Positions 49,472 to 62,163 of a stretch of DNA of 64,000 nt are shown here, in pieces (within the stretch, counting starts at the first letter, position 1; every line of letters starts with the position of its first letter). Source of the DNA: Hamiltosporidium tvaerminnensis FI-OER-3-3. Lineage: Eukaryota; Fungi; Microsporidia. A program made the translations under genes and the position numbers. Where the stretch lies: contig JAKIMF020000011.1 of NCBI GenBank assembly GCA_022605425.2, positions 682,001-746,000 of the forward strand, written 5' to 3'. The notes below the pieces were generated by a model that was not told the DNA's origin, made no database searches, and saw only the letters and a list, made by a program, of their open reading frames with translations.

Positions 49472-50281
49472 AGGGGGTTATCTTTTTGATAACAATATAA
49501 TTTTATAATTTAAAATTTGATTTTATATATTTTAGAAAAAAATGACAAATATGGTAAATTAAATTTTTAAAAAATAATTATTCTAGTTTGAATCGGATAA
49601 ATTAAAAGATATTTTTGGATGTTATAATTTGATAAAATTTCGTAGTTTTACTAATTCCTGTCGTATTTTATTCTGTCTCCAACCTCCGTTCAAAGAAAAC
49701 TATAATAAAAGGCTATAGTTTCGAACTTTTTCCAATATTTTCTATTTAAAAATTTCCATCATGTCAACAGATTCTTATATTTTATATGCTAGGTTTTCGA
49801 AGAATTTCTTAGTAAAAATGTATACAAATTTTAAAATTATTTAATTTTGTCAACACATTGTTCTTTACTACATTCACTTGTTAAATTGAATAAATTTGTT
49901 GAAAGTATGTTAATAAAAATTTTAAATCATATATTTTAATAAAACATTTTATTTAGAGGGAATTTAGACAACTTAAACCATATCATATTTTTTATATAAA
50001 ATATTCGTATATTTAAATCGAAAACTTTGTAAAATATAAATAAAGAAGAATAAAAAACCAGTGAGTAGACAAATATATAAAAAATAAAATCAAAAAAATT
50101 TATTGAGATTCAAATTTTTTTATTGTTTTATAGGATTGCAATTTTTCTAAACTTGTAATAATCTGATTTTCTTTTAAATTCTTTCTTTTTTAGTTTCTTT
50201 TCATGTATTTTTACAATATTTTTTAATTTTTTCATTTACTTTTTTTAAATTAATTCTAATATTTTTTTTTATTTTTTGATT

Positions 50282-53200
50282 AAAAGATGGGTAGAAAGAA
50301 AAATGTTAGCAGCGAAATATCGAATAATACCAAAACAAAGGCTGCAAACGACGCTGATGAGGTGAAGAAGAGTGATAGTGAGGTACAAAAATGTAAGCTA
50401 CACCCACCGGCGATTTCCCTACCTTCCTCCTCCTACATAACAATAACACCTCCACCACCAAGCCAAACATGCAGTAAAATGCAAAATAGTGGGCTTGACA
50501 CCTTACCTTCGCCTAATACACCAGTTCCCTCTTCGGTTGAAGTCTCTGCGTGCGAGCCATCGTACGACATGACAAGCCCCTGTACTCTAGCTATTCCGGA
50601 AGGTAACAGGCTAATGGCATTGCGGACGATATTCGATTCCGTAACAGCCGACCCGAAGGAATGGCCTCGAATTGTTTTTTTTGCAGTACAGACAAGGTTT
50701 GAAAGAATGCAAAGAAATGGCTGGACAGAGCTTCACAGGTACTATAATGAGAAATTCGGCTGCACTGAAACTCTCGAAGTGTTAAAAAAATTGGCACAAA
50801 GTGAGATGGGAAAGGATGTAAAATCAGAAGAGAATGGAGAGCGACGTAGAATCGCCACTTGTCTCGCTGATACATGCACCTTGACCGACACCACGGAGTA
50901 CATAAACCTGAGAGATAAATTCTTGAGTAAAATCAAAGAAATCTCGATGAAGGAAATTGGAAAAGTGGTGGTCCGAACTAGAAAACATCCAAATGAACTG
51001 GTTGATAGTAAAGTTCTGGATCTCATTAATCGAGTAGTCGGTGAATATGCAGGAGCTCATGTACCTGAGTCAATTACGGAAGCCGCGTATATCATGCAAG
51101 CTGCGCAGGTATGCTATGACGAGGCAAGACGTAAAGAGAAGCCTAGATCCGCTTGGAAGGAAAACATAGAAAGTAAAATTTCTAAGTTAGTACTTTCCAA
51201 AGATCTCCTCGAGAAGGCTCGTAAGCAGGAAAAGCTCTCCACCTCGGAAACGAAGAGCCTTAAGAAAATCATGCGAGAGTTTAATTTAAACTTGAGCAGT
51301 GTAACTGATCTTTCTGAGGCTTTAGTTAAGAAGAATGAGTCTTTGAATGTGTACGAGAAAAAAATTACGATGCATGAAAGTAGGAAGCAATTCCGAAAAG
51401 AGAATCGTATGTTTGAGCTTTTCCGAGGTCGATTTTATCGTGGGTTATCTGAGCGTGTGGAATCCGAGCATGTGGTTAGTCGTGATGAAATTGTGAGTTT
51501 TTGGTCTACAATGTGGAACAAAAATGATGACACAGTCACGTATGATGATTATTTGATTCCATTTGTATCAGATAATCATCCGACCACGTTTCCTTCACTT
51601 GATGAATTTGTAAATATCATTAATTGGCTTCCCAATTGGAAAGCTGCTGGAATTGATGGTATTTACAATTTTTTCATTAAGAAACTTACAACTCTTCACA
51701 AATATCTTTATGATATTGTGAAAGTTATATGTTTAGAAGGAACACCTCAAGCTGATTGGTTTTACTGCGGGCTTACGTATTTGATACCGAAAGGAATTCC
51801 ACGAAGAGGCTCTGACTACAGGCCAATCACTTGTATGTCCAACCTCTATAAGTTAACGACAAAGTGTGTAACGAAAGTCGTTCAACTTGAAGTGGAAAGG
51901 CGAGGGTTGCTTGCAGAGAACCAACTAGGGGCGGTAAGAGGTGTGCAGGGAGCGAAAGAGCAGGCTCTACTGAATATTGCCTTAAATAAAGAGTATGGAA
52001 ATAATCTTAAGGCAACATGGATTGATGTTAAAAAAGCTTCTGATTCAATAAATCATGCTTATTTAATTCAATGCATTGAAAACCTTAATTTACCTGATTG
52101 GATCCTGAAATTTATTAAGGTAATTATATCAAAATGGAAAATTGATATATCAGTAGGGCCTAAAAAAATCATGAGCAAGAAGATTGATAGAGGGATTCTG
52201 CAAGGAGATAGTTTGTCACCATTGTTATTTGTGTTGTGTATGGATCCATTAAGCCGAAAGCTTAATGAAAAATACACAAAAGTGACAGTACAAACAGATG
52301 CAGAATCTCATTCTACTAATCATCTCTTGTTTATTGATGATCTTAAGCTCCTTGCAAAAGACAGCTGCACATTGAGTGCTATGACAGGCGAGGCAAAGGA
52401 ATTTTTAGAGGTGATTGGCTTAGAGATGAACAAAGAGAAGTCAGCCACAAATGATACGTGTTGTGAAGATACTGCTACTTTTCTAGAAGGTGTTAGTGTT
52501 TACAAATATTTAGGAATAATAGAAGATAGCAGAGGAATCTTAACACGTAGCTCATTTGAAGAAGTACAAAGCAAACTTATATCAAGAGTTGAAAGACTTT
52601 GTCACACTATATTAAATGCAAAAAATATTTTTTTGTAATCAATCAACATGCGATATTGTTTACTAACTATCACATAGGAGTACTTTGACTTGAACCGGCT
52701 GACTTCTCTAAGTTAGATGATGCAGTGCGTGCGGTGCGCGTGAAGAATAAGATACATCTCCGCCTAGGATGTAAAGAGCGTTTGTATCTTCCTAGAACAG
52801 AACTTGGAAGAGGCCTACATAGTGTTGAGTTGCGAAGCGAAAATATGCTTCTGCAACTCTTGGATTGTCTGGAAAAAAGTAAAGAAATATCAACTAGACG
52901 AGCAGCAATCCTCAAGGTGGAGAATAATAATAAAACCCATCTTGCACTAATAAAAAGCTTCGTAAAAGTAAAGTACAGGTTGGTAGAAGAAGTCACTAAG
53001 AAAAGTTTAGAAGAAGCTCAACTTGCAAAACTATATAACGAAATAGAAAAACGAAAACTCCATTCAAAGTTATATAATGCGAAGAAAAATGAGCTTGTGA
53101 GTGTTAGTGACTCTTCAAGATGGTTAAAGAGAGGAAATACTAGGCCACGAAATGAAGCTGTGTTCTGCTATATCCAGGATAGAAATGTATTCTGGGGAGC

Positions 53201-54087
53201 AGATAGTATGTGGCAACACTGTAATAAATCTGGTAAGACTGTGGATCATCTAGCAACTCGATGTGAAAAAATGCTAGGCCATGACTACACTAGACGGCAT
53301 AATGAAGTGGTTAGATGCCTAAGTTTACTTTTCCTAAATAGATATAAGTTTAAGTCTTCAAAACGAATTAGGAGTCACACATTTCAAGAAATTCTTGATA
53401 ATGAGTATGCAGAGATAAGAGTGGACACCAGAATAAAAACTGATGTTAAAATTCGGAATAACAGACCGGACATATTTATTTTAGATAAGAAGAAGAATAA
53501 GATAACACTCATTGAAATATGAATCACTTCCCAAGACTCACTTCAAATAGTTGAAACTGAGAACGCAGAGAGTATGACCTGCTAGCCAATGAGTTGGGTC
53601 TTATTTATAAGTGTAGTGTAGAGATAATCCCTTATGTGATGACCTGGGACGGTATTGTGACAAAATACCATAAATCTCATCTTAAAAGACTAGAAATACC
53701 CATGAATGTAGAGGCATACATTCAGTCTATAGTACTTAAGAAGACAGTCGAAACAATTTCCTTTGATCGACGAAGAGGACTTGAGTCAGGACTAAATGCC
53801 GAAGAGAGCTGGGAGAGAGCGTCAATGGGTGTTATTATGAGATCAGAGGTGGATGAGGAACCAACACCCCCTTTAAAAGAAGAGAAGAGAGAGGAAGATG
53901 GTGAAAAAAATTTTAAACCAAAAAATAAAGCACCCCTTATTTCACAAGGAGGAACCACTTTAGAGGAACCGACCAATAACATAAATGAAGAGTCGGATTT
54001 GGAAGAAGAGACAATAGTGGTTAAAGAGGTAGAAGAAAACATATAAAAATGGTAAAAATGTTTTAACCCAGAATTTTATTAAATAAA
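50282..54087 (+). mobile_element. near full-length RLE-type (R4/Dong-like) non-LTR retrotransposon, inactivated
   Basis: One ORF broken into 50287-52638 (RT: KAAGIDG, YRPITC, QGDSLSPLLF, FIDD, YKYLG), 52725-53522 (knuckle with C>W, RHN, RPD) and 53594-54046. 14-bp TSD TTTATTTTTTGATT (50268-50281, 54088-54101). Ends TTAAATAAA. Confidence 0.97.
50287..52638 (+). pseudogene. reverse transcriptase portion of the retrotransposon ORF (premature stop)
   Basis: 783 aa with non-LTR RT motifs. DVKKASDS deviates from the usual DxxKA(F/Y)DS. Downstream endonuclease part is interrupted by stops and frameshifts. Confidence 0.93.
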
Positions 54088-54450
54088 TTTATTTTTTGAT
54101 TTACTTTTTTTTAAATTATTTAAAATTTTTGTCATTCAGAATAACATATTGTACTGGAATCCTTTGATTTATCACAAAAAAATTATTTTTACGCTGAAAA
54201 AGTCGTTAACGCCAAAAAAGCATAAATAGGAATTTTAATGAGACCAGCGCATTTAGAAGAAGTAATGATCTTTGGATTTTAATTTTTGCAAGAATAAAAT
54301 TCAGCATGGGGGGGGTAAAATTGGGTTCATTATAAAATAAGTGTATATTAATAATACTTAACCAAGTAAATTAAAATTACTCAATTGGGTTTCTGATTTT
54401 TTTATAAAAAAATGCCATGTGATTTAAAACATATATTTTTTTATATTTTT

Positions 54451-54461
54451 CGGTAATTTAC
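54451..54461 (+). promoter_or_regulatory. candidate upstream motif CGGTAATTTAC of the secreted-protein family
   Basis: Identical 11-mer begins 60 nt before ATG 54511 and 59 nt before ATG 13543 (13484-13494). Confidence 0.5.
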
Positions 54462-54510
54462 TATTTATGTTTGATTTTTTTGCTATTTTTTTAAAAAAAT
54501 CTATCCCCTC

Positions 54511-56163
54511 ATGTATTTTAGAAAAATATTGTTATATGATTATTACAGTCTGATTATTTTTTTATTTCTGACATGCAAATCTTCAAATAATTCAGGACAT
54601 GTGAACGAAATTCATAGAAGAGTAGGAGATAGGGCTCAAAGAATAAGATATGACCTGCAGCATGCTCGGCATAATAATCTACCTTATAAACGATACATTC
54701 GCAGGTATAACCCAACAGGAAGTGGTTCCCAAAGTTTTAGTTGCTCAGGATATATAAATAGGGATATGCCTTTTCAAGAAAGTTCAAGTCAAGTTTTTGA
54801 AACAAAATCTGGGCCTAGATCTATAAACCCACCCCTTTTATTTTCTACGAACGCGCCTCACCAATATTCACAAATGCAATTTGTAAATGCAACATCAGAT
54901 TTGAATTCTATTCATTCTGTTTCAGCTTTACCCAATTCTTCTTTTTTTCCGCCTGGAAGATTTAATTCGACTCAAAATACTTTGCATATGGCCAGCGGAT
55001 CTACTTATAATCATAACACAATAAATAATTTATGTTTCCCTCCGCCTTTTATCAACCCACTACCACAGACACTCTTTTTAAAAAAATTATACGATGTTAT
55101 AATTAAGGTTTTAAAATATCCTACTCTTGGTAAATTTTCTGATATTTCAATATTCTTTACGTCCGAATATTTCTTTGAAGATATTCTCAATCGAAGTTGT
55201 TTAATTGGATATTTTCGTACACTTAAAAATCTAGTGGCAATAGAAAAAGAAATAATAAATATTAATTCTGAGAAAAAAAAAGAATTCGAACAAGCTTTCC
55301 TTATAAATATAACGAAAATTGATCTTGAGGGGGCAAATACCAATATACTTTTTCATGTTCCCATGCTTATTACATTAAAAAATTTTATCTCGAAGCAGTT
55401 AGAACGTAATACATCAGATAAAAAATACCATGTTTCCATTTTCTTTGGTTTAAAACTGATCGAAAGTGTTATAATAAAAACTCATTTAGCAATTTATGGT
55501 ACTTTAAATTCGCCTGAGAACATACAACTTAGTTTCGATCCATATAGAAATAATTTTATACGAACGAATTCGAATATTATTTTGGAAATAATTGATTGGA
55601 TTTTTACTCTAAGTTTTAGTTTTAATGAAACTTTTAAAAATGCATTTGTTTCGATTATTAATGTGCAAAAAAACAAATCTCTTGATGTTTTAAACAATCC
55701 AGAAGGTTTATTTGAAATATATGATCTATCATTTTTGCCGGATATATTTTTTTTATTAGAAGAATCTGAAATTAAGGAAATTTATGAATTTAATAGACTG
55801 GTACTTGGTTATTGCAACGATGATTCTCGAGCTGAAAATCACGGGCCTATTGATTTACTACGTCGTAACAAATTCGCTATAGAAAATGAACGAATCATCA
55901 AAATGATTGGCTACTATTTTATAATCTTTGAAAATTTTGAAATTGACTTTTTTAAACAACGCACCTCTGATAATTTAGTTATGCACCGATACGAACTGCT
56001 CAAAGAAAAATTTCAAGAGTTTAAACAAAAAACAATGCCTTTAGAGCCAAGAGAAATATTAGATTTGCGAAAACTCTTTTATGCTACACATTATCTCTTT
56101 TATGATGTCATAGCTATTTTATATAATAGAAATATTTATACAACAATTATTCCACCACAATAA
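54511..56163 (+). CDS. secreted-protein multigene family member (intact, 550 aa)
   Basis: CCCCTC-ATG; signal-like MYFRKILLYDYYSLIIFLFLTCKSS, S/P/N-rich linker, conserved helical C-terminal domain paralogous to 8307-9974. Confidence 0.92.
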   Translation: MYFRKILLYDYYSLIIFLFLTCKSSNNSGHVNEIHRRVGDRAQRIRYDLQHARHNNLPYKRYIRRYNPTGSGSQSFSCSGYINRDMPFQESSSQVFETKSGPRSINPPLLFSTNAPHQYSQMQFVNATSDLNSIHSVSALPNSSFFPPGRFNSTQNTLHMASGSTYNHNTINNLCFPPPFINPLPQTLFLKKLYDVIIKVLKYPTLGKFSDISIFFTSEYFFEDILNRSCLIGYFRTLKNLVAIEKEIININSEKKKEFEQAFLINITKIDLEGANTNILFHVPMLITLKNFISKQLERNTSDKKYHVSIFFGLKLIESVIIKTHLAIYGTLNSPENIQLSFDPYRNNFIRTNSNIILEIIDWIFTLSFSFNETFKNAFVSIINVQKNKSLDVLNNPEGLFEIYDLSFLPDIFFLLEESEIKEIYEFNRLVLGYCNDDSRAENHGPIDLLRRNKFAIENERIIKMIGYYFIIFENFEIDFFKQRTSDNLVMHRYELLKEKFQEFKQKTMPLEPREILDLRKLFYATHYLFYDVIAILYNRNIYTTIIPPQ

Positions 56164-56339
56164 CAAAAAAATATTCATAATTTTTAATAAAAAATCGATT
56201 CCGTTTCTGTCATCTTTTTAGTTTTATAGGTTTTTACAAAATAATATTCTAGTATTATCTTAATACATTATCTAAATTTTAAATAGTTAGTCCTGTTTTT
56301 TTTTGAAAATGGTAAATTCATGTGAAATTTACCAGATAA

Positions 56340-56445
56340 TGATGGAATAACAACATTAAAAACTATCTGGTAGGCAACAAGTACGTAAAATTGGTATGGA
56401 ATTCATTTTTGTCATTTTGGTGGGATATAAACCTAATTGGATCTA
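56340..56445 (+). mobile_element. decayed 5' fragment of the ~730-nt element
   Basis: gaataacaacattaaaaactatctg...ttttggtgggatataaacc aligns to the element's first ~105 nt. Confidence 0.55.
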
Positions 56446-57720
56446 TAAACCCATTTTCTATAATCCAGATTTAAAATAGATTAAACGAATCAAATAGAAA
56501 ACTACCATTTGTTCATCCTCGATTCTGAGAGTTAAAAAAGGAATGGAATAAGTAATTTTGTAAGTTTTAAGTAAACATTATCTATAGATTATTTCGGGGA
56601 ATCTATAGATAATAGAACCATTAGATTTTTATTATAAACATTATCCTCTTAATTATATAGTAAAACTAGATAAATATATCTTATACAAATCTTAGTGCTT
56701 GTGTTGCGAATTTTTAAGATTATGGTTTTTATAATTCTTAATAAATTTCAAAAAAAATGAATTCGGCTGAGAGTAAAGTTGGCTATAACTAATGACTAAA
56801 AATAAGTCGAATTTTGAGATATTTTATGATCGCCAATAAATATTTTCAAAGTTAATGAATATCTCATCTTTTTTAAAAAATAGCTTATTTTAGAATGTTT
56901 CTATCTACGCGGCATTGTGTTTTATATAAATAACCTTCACCTTTATATCCATCAGTATCTTTAAATACCTACAGCTTAATATTTTAATCAAAAAGATCCA
57001 CAGAACCTATTTAATGTTCAAGACGGTTCCGGTTTTGTTAATACCTGATATCGGGTGTGATCACGGGCTAAAATCTACCTCGGGTTCTTCAAAGATTTGG
57101 CAACACTCATACTTGCTCAGACCTTCCAAAAAATAGACTTATAACCATGATTTATTTCGACAATTGGATTGGGTTAACCAGACGCTTCTAGTAAATATTA
57201 AAAAGTATACTTTTCTCACTATTTTTATCGTCTTATCTAAGGATAAGTTTATTTTTGTATTTCCCAAACGTTTATTTTTCAAACTTCGATTGGAAAAGGT
57301 TGGGTTTTCTGGTTTTACATGTTAATTATTTACAACCTAAATCCTAGTTTATAATCAATTAGACATTGTAACGGATAAATTTTATAAAAAGACTAATGAA
57401 TAGTTGTTTTTCGAAATCTTCTATTTAAAAAAACAGTTATTGAGCCAAATTAGATAAAATAGAAACAAAAATTAGTTTACTAGGGTTTGTAAAATTTCTT
57501 AAAAATATAACTCGTAATGAAATTTATACTCAATTCGGCTTAAACATCTATAATTTAAAAATATTTTAACTCTACTTGAAATAAATTTACGAATGACTAA
57601 TATAAAAATAAAATAAAATACAAGAAATCTGCTAATTATTTCATTTTGTAAAATATAATAAATCAAATCCATGTTTATTTTTAAATTTTCTTCGCAAAAT
57701 AAGTTAAGAATAATTCCGTC

Positions 57721-59478
57721 TCAGAAAAATTCCTGATAAAAAATAGATGTATCAACAAAAAGAGCATGCAGAGTTTTCTTATTTATTTTGTGGACCCGGA
57801 CATATGCTTGTGCAGATTTAATAAATCTTTTTCCTAAATTTTGAAATCTTGTACGTAGCAATCTAAAGGAAAATACCTTTTCAAATTTTTTAATATATTT
57901 AGTCTTAATTATCGTTAAATAACACCAAAATCTGTTTTAAAATGAGTCGACTTTTAAAATTTTTTACAATGAAATTGATTGCTTTAACGGACTTAAAAAC
58001 ACATGGAGTTGTATTTTTATATCGCTTTATCAAAGCATACATATCAATTAAATCATCTAAATCAAAGTATAAAATCAATCATATAAAAAAATCATATCAT
58101 TATTAAAAGAAATGTGATCCTCTGTTTGAACTTTGCTGGAGATTTTGCTTCTAAAAATTTTTTCACTGCAGAAAAAAACTTTGAGAATTTTTGAATAACT
58201 TCAGATGTGCTTGGAGATATTAATTTAATTATTTCCATTATATAAGTTAAATTGGTGCATAAAACCAAATTTGTTTGCATATCAATGTAAAAATCAATAT
58301 TTTTAAAATTTTTAGATGAAAGAGGATCCAAAATACTATCAATTGCTGCAATATTTTTTTTAAAAAAATTTTCTACCAGTGTTTAACCAAAGAAAGAGCT
58401 AAAATTGTTTTTTATGTCAGATGTATTTGTGAACATCTTTTTGTTCAAATGACTCTGCAAAAAAATGAGAACATGAAGACAGGCGAGTATAATATTACTT
58501 GAAACTATAATATCAATATTTTTTTTATTTAAATCATCTTTTCGAATTTTTTATTTATAGTAGAAAAAGGGCTTAAAATGATTTTTTCTTTTTCAAATAA
58601 ACTTTCGAATATTCTAAAATATTTATTCAAATAGTCTGGTCTAAGAACATCATCAAATAAACTTTTATAATTTGCTATCATTAATATATTTAGTGATCGC
58701 TTCATTACAGAAAAAATTTTAATTTATTTAAAACTAAATGTAATTCAGAGAAAGAAGATGTCGATAGAGGTGTAAAAATATATGTGCTATAAAAATCATT
58801 TTTTGAAACATCATATGAATTAAGAGTGATTTTCGATCCTATCATATTCTATAAATTGCTACTCTCATAAGAATTGGCGTAGGAATATAATCTATCATGT
58901 ATTGGTCTATGCCTTGCACCCATCTCAGTTTTTGTTTTTTTAGGATCACTTTCTTCATTCATTGGATTAAATAAATCTGTTCTTACACGAAATTTAGGGA
59001 TTTGAATCGAAGAAACAGCCTCTTCCTCTATTGTAACATCTGAACAGTTTGAGTTGGGTTTTATTTCTTTTGAGCCTGTTTTCTCCTCCATTGAATTAAA
59101 TAAATCTGTTCTTACACGAAAATTAGGGATTTGAATCGAAGAAATAGTTTCTTCCTGTATTGTAACATCTGAACAGTTTGAGTTGGGTTTTATTTCTTTT
59201 GAGCCTGTTTTCTCCTCCATTGAATTAAATAAATCTGTTCTTACACGAAAATTAGAAATTCGTATCGAAGGAATAGTCTCTTCTTGAGTTGTAACTTTCG
59301 GAACGTGTACATCAGTGTCTTTGACAAAAAAAATTATTTCGGTTCTGCTTTTTTTGAAATTATGTGTTCCCGAACGCGTTCTTGGTTCATCATTTAAAAT
59401 TTCTGAGGACTTACATGTTAGAAACAAGAAAACCATCGATACAAAACCATACTTTGAAAAAAGTCTACGAAAATACAT
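57721..59478 (-). pseudogene. disrupted member of the secreted-protein family with internal 120-bp repeats
   Basis: CCCT-ATG; N-terminus MYFRRLFSKYGFVSMVFLFLTCKSS; stop at 58849. Family motifs continue in broken frames (LFDDVL, KFFSAVK). End approximate. Confidence 0.85.
58955..59295 (-). repeat. 120-bp (40-aa) coding tandem repeat x ~2.8
   Basis: VTIQEETISSIQIPNFRVRTDLFNSMEEKTGSKEIKPNSNCSD repeated. Confidence 0.92.
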
Positions 59479-59573
59479 AGGGTTATATTTTTTTCGGTAA
59501 AAATATTTAATAGATCAATTTATGGTAATTTATTATATGAAACAATTTTTTTGTTCTCAAAATAATTTATAAT

Positions 59574-60679
59574 ACGGGTTAGAAGAAGAAGAAGTCACAA
59601 AGAAAAAACTGGAAAAAGCTCAAATTTAACTTATACAACGAAATAGAAAACCAAAGACTACATTCAAGGTATAAATGAGAGAATATCGAGAATCCAGGTG
59701 AAATAACTCTTCAAAATGGTACAAGATAGGAAGTGTAAGACCACAAGATGAATCCGTTTTTTTGCTATATCCAGGATAGAAATGTATTCTTAGGTGCAAA
59801 AAGTGTGTGTCAACACTGCAACACATCTAGAAAAATAGAAAACCACTTAGCAACAAGATGTGAAAAAATGCTAGGCCATGACTACACCAGACGGCATAAT
59901 GAAGTGGTTAGAGGCCTACACTTACTTCTCCTAAATAGATATAAGTTTAAGTCCTCAGAATGAAATAAGAGTCACTCGGTTCAAGCAATTCTTCATAATG
60001 AGTATACAGAGATAAGAGTAGACACCAGAATTAAAACTGATGTTAAAATTCGGAATAACAGACCGGACATATTTATTTTGGATAAGAAGAAGAATAAGAT
60101 AACACACATTGAAGTAGGAATCACTTCCCAAGATTCACTTCAAATAGTTGAAACTGAAAAACTTAGGAAGTATGATCTGCTAGCCAATGAGTTGGGTCTT
60201 ATTTATAAGTGTAGTGTTGAGATAATCCTTTATGTGATGACCTGGGACGGTATTGTGACAAAATACCATAAATCTCATCTTAAAAGACTAAAAATACACA
60301 TGAATGTAGAGGCATACGTCGGTCTATAGTACTTAAGAAGACAGTCGAAACAATTTCCTTTGATCGACGAAGAGGACTTGATTCAGGACTAAATGCCGAA
60401 GAGAGCTGGGAAAGAGCGTCAATGGGTGTTATTATGAGAGCAGAGATGCACGAGGAACCAACACCCCCTTTAAAAGAAGAGAAGAGAGAAGAAGATGGTG
60501 CAAAAATTTTAAACCGAAAAATAAAGCACTTCTATTTCACAAGGAGGAACCACTTTAGAGGAACCGACCAATAACATAAATAAAGACTCGGATTTGGAAG
60601 AAGAAACAACAGTGGTAAAAGAGGTAGAAGAACGTGCATAAAAATCTTAACTATTTTAACCGAGATTTTGTTAAATAAA
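59574..60679 (+). mobile_element. 5'-truncated, disrupted RLE LINE copy
   Basis: CQHC..HLATRC, RHN and IEVGITSQDSLQIVETEKLRKYDLLANEL. Ends TTAAATAAA at 60679. Confidence 0.93.
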
Positions 60680-60699
60680 TTTTCTCTTCTCTAATACAA

Positions 60700-61480
60700 T
60701 TTATCAGGTAAAATATTCCGAATCTTGAAATCTGGTTTTATTTTAGGGTCTCCTCTTTTTTTAACTCGTTCCTTTCTCAACAGATGGAACACAATCCACA
60801 AGTAAACGAAGCTGTGCCAAGTTTTTGGTGTTCCTCAGACTTTTTTTCTTTTCACCGGTCAGGTTGCTAATATAATCCAAACTTTCTTCAAAAAAGCTTA
60901 AAGAGTGCTTCAACTAGGAGATCGAACTCAGGGTATTGTATGGTTTCAGCAAAATTATTTCCAAGATTTTATTGAACAGTGACTCGAAATTTGGTTCTTA
61001 GACTTGGATTTGTATCTATTTACGGAAGCAAATTTATGCATATAACTCTCTTCATATGTTGTCTACTGTATTCATGGTCACGCATTTTTTTAATTTTGAA
61101 TTGTTTAATTCTCTACTTTTGCCTAGACTGATTACGCCGTTGGAACTTCCTTCTGCTCTTCAAAATAAATTTTAATTTGGATATAGCACAACATATTCTG
61201 TTAAGTAGCTATAATTTATCATTCTTTAAATTATTTTGAAGAATCAAGCACTTATAAGCTCATTTGTTCTTGAATTATATAACTTTGAATTAAGTTTTTG
61301 CTTTTCTATTTTGTTATATGATTTTGCTTGTGAGCCTCTTCAGTGATTTTTTGTTAGCTTCCTTTTCCAACTTATATTTGCATTTGAGATGCCTTTTATT
61401 AATACAAGACATGTTTTATTAGTATCCCACCTTTAGGATTGCTTCTCTTCGAAGTGATTTTCTTTAATTGTTTCGCCCTC
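60700..61480 (-). mobile_element. decayed, internally deleted LINE relic
   Basis: 61260-61445 matches the reverse complement of the LINE's AAILKV...KLYN region. Left part only weakly similar. Confidence 0.55.
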
Positions 61481-62163
61481 CAAGTTTATCTCTAATAAAA
61501 TATATATTTCTTCATTATAACCAAAAATCCATAATGCAAAATAATTCTTATATTTTTACCTATTAAAAACTAAAGGATTGAAAAATTAACTGCATTTTTG
61601 ATTTACAAAATATTAATTTATATTTTTTGACGAAAAAACTTATTTGTAAGGAATAGATTGGAACAAGTTTATTATATTCTAATTTTTATTAGTAGATTTA
61701 TTAATATATCGCAGCAATTTTTTTTACTAAAAAAACATGGATTCGCTATATTTTAAATGCCCTTTAATTATATAGAAATTTTTTAAAAGTTGTTTTCTTT
61801 ATGAAAATAATTTATACGACGCAAATTTAATTTTTTAATTTATTTCTACTATATTGAGCTCTGAATGTTATATAAAAAATGCAAACTTGTGTCTAAATTT
61901 TTTTTTCTAATTTTACCATTTTAATCACTGGCCGTGTCATTTTACTTTAAAATTAATAATTCCTACATTATAATGTTTGGCTTAAGATAAAATAAAAATT
62001 CGTTTGTTTTTACTTTTACAAGCCAATGATATTTTACTCCTATTATTATCACTCCTTTATAAAAAAAACAAACCAATAAAATATAAAAAACCTATCGATT
62101 TCTTATTTATCAACCAATGAATACATTTCTGAATCTTTTATAAACGACCCTGTAAAAAAAATT

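Noticed and set aside
50591-54042. Antisense ORFs over the LINE, and shadow ORFs over genes (e.g. 8945-9166, 21060-21494, 33590-33886, 55011-55343, 63351-63533)
   Set aside because: They overlap well-supported coding frames and have no motifs or CCC start context.
62117-62143. ATG at 62117 as start of the terminal long ORF
   Set aside because: It is in a different frame and hits TAA after 8 codons.
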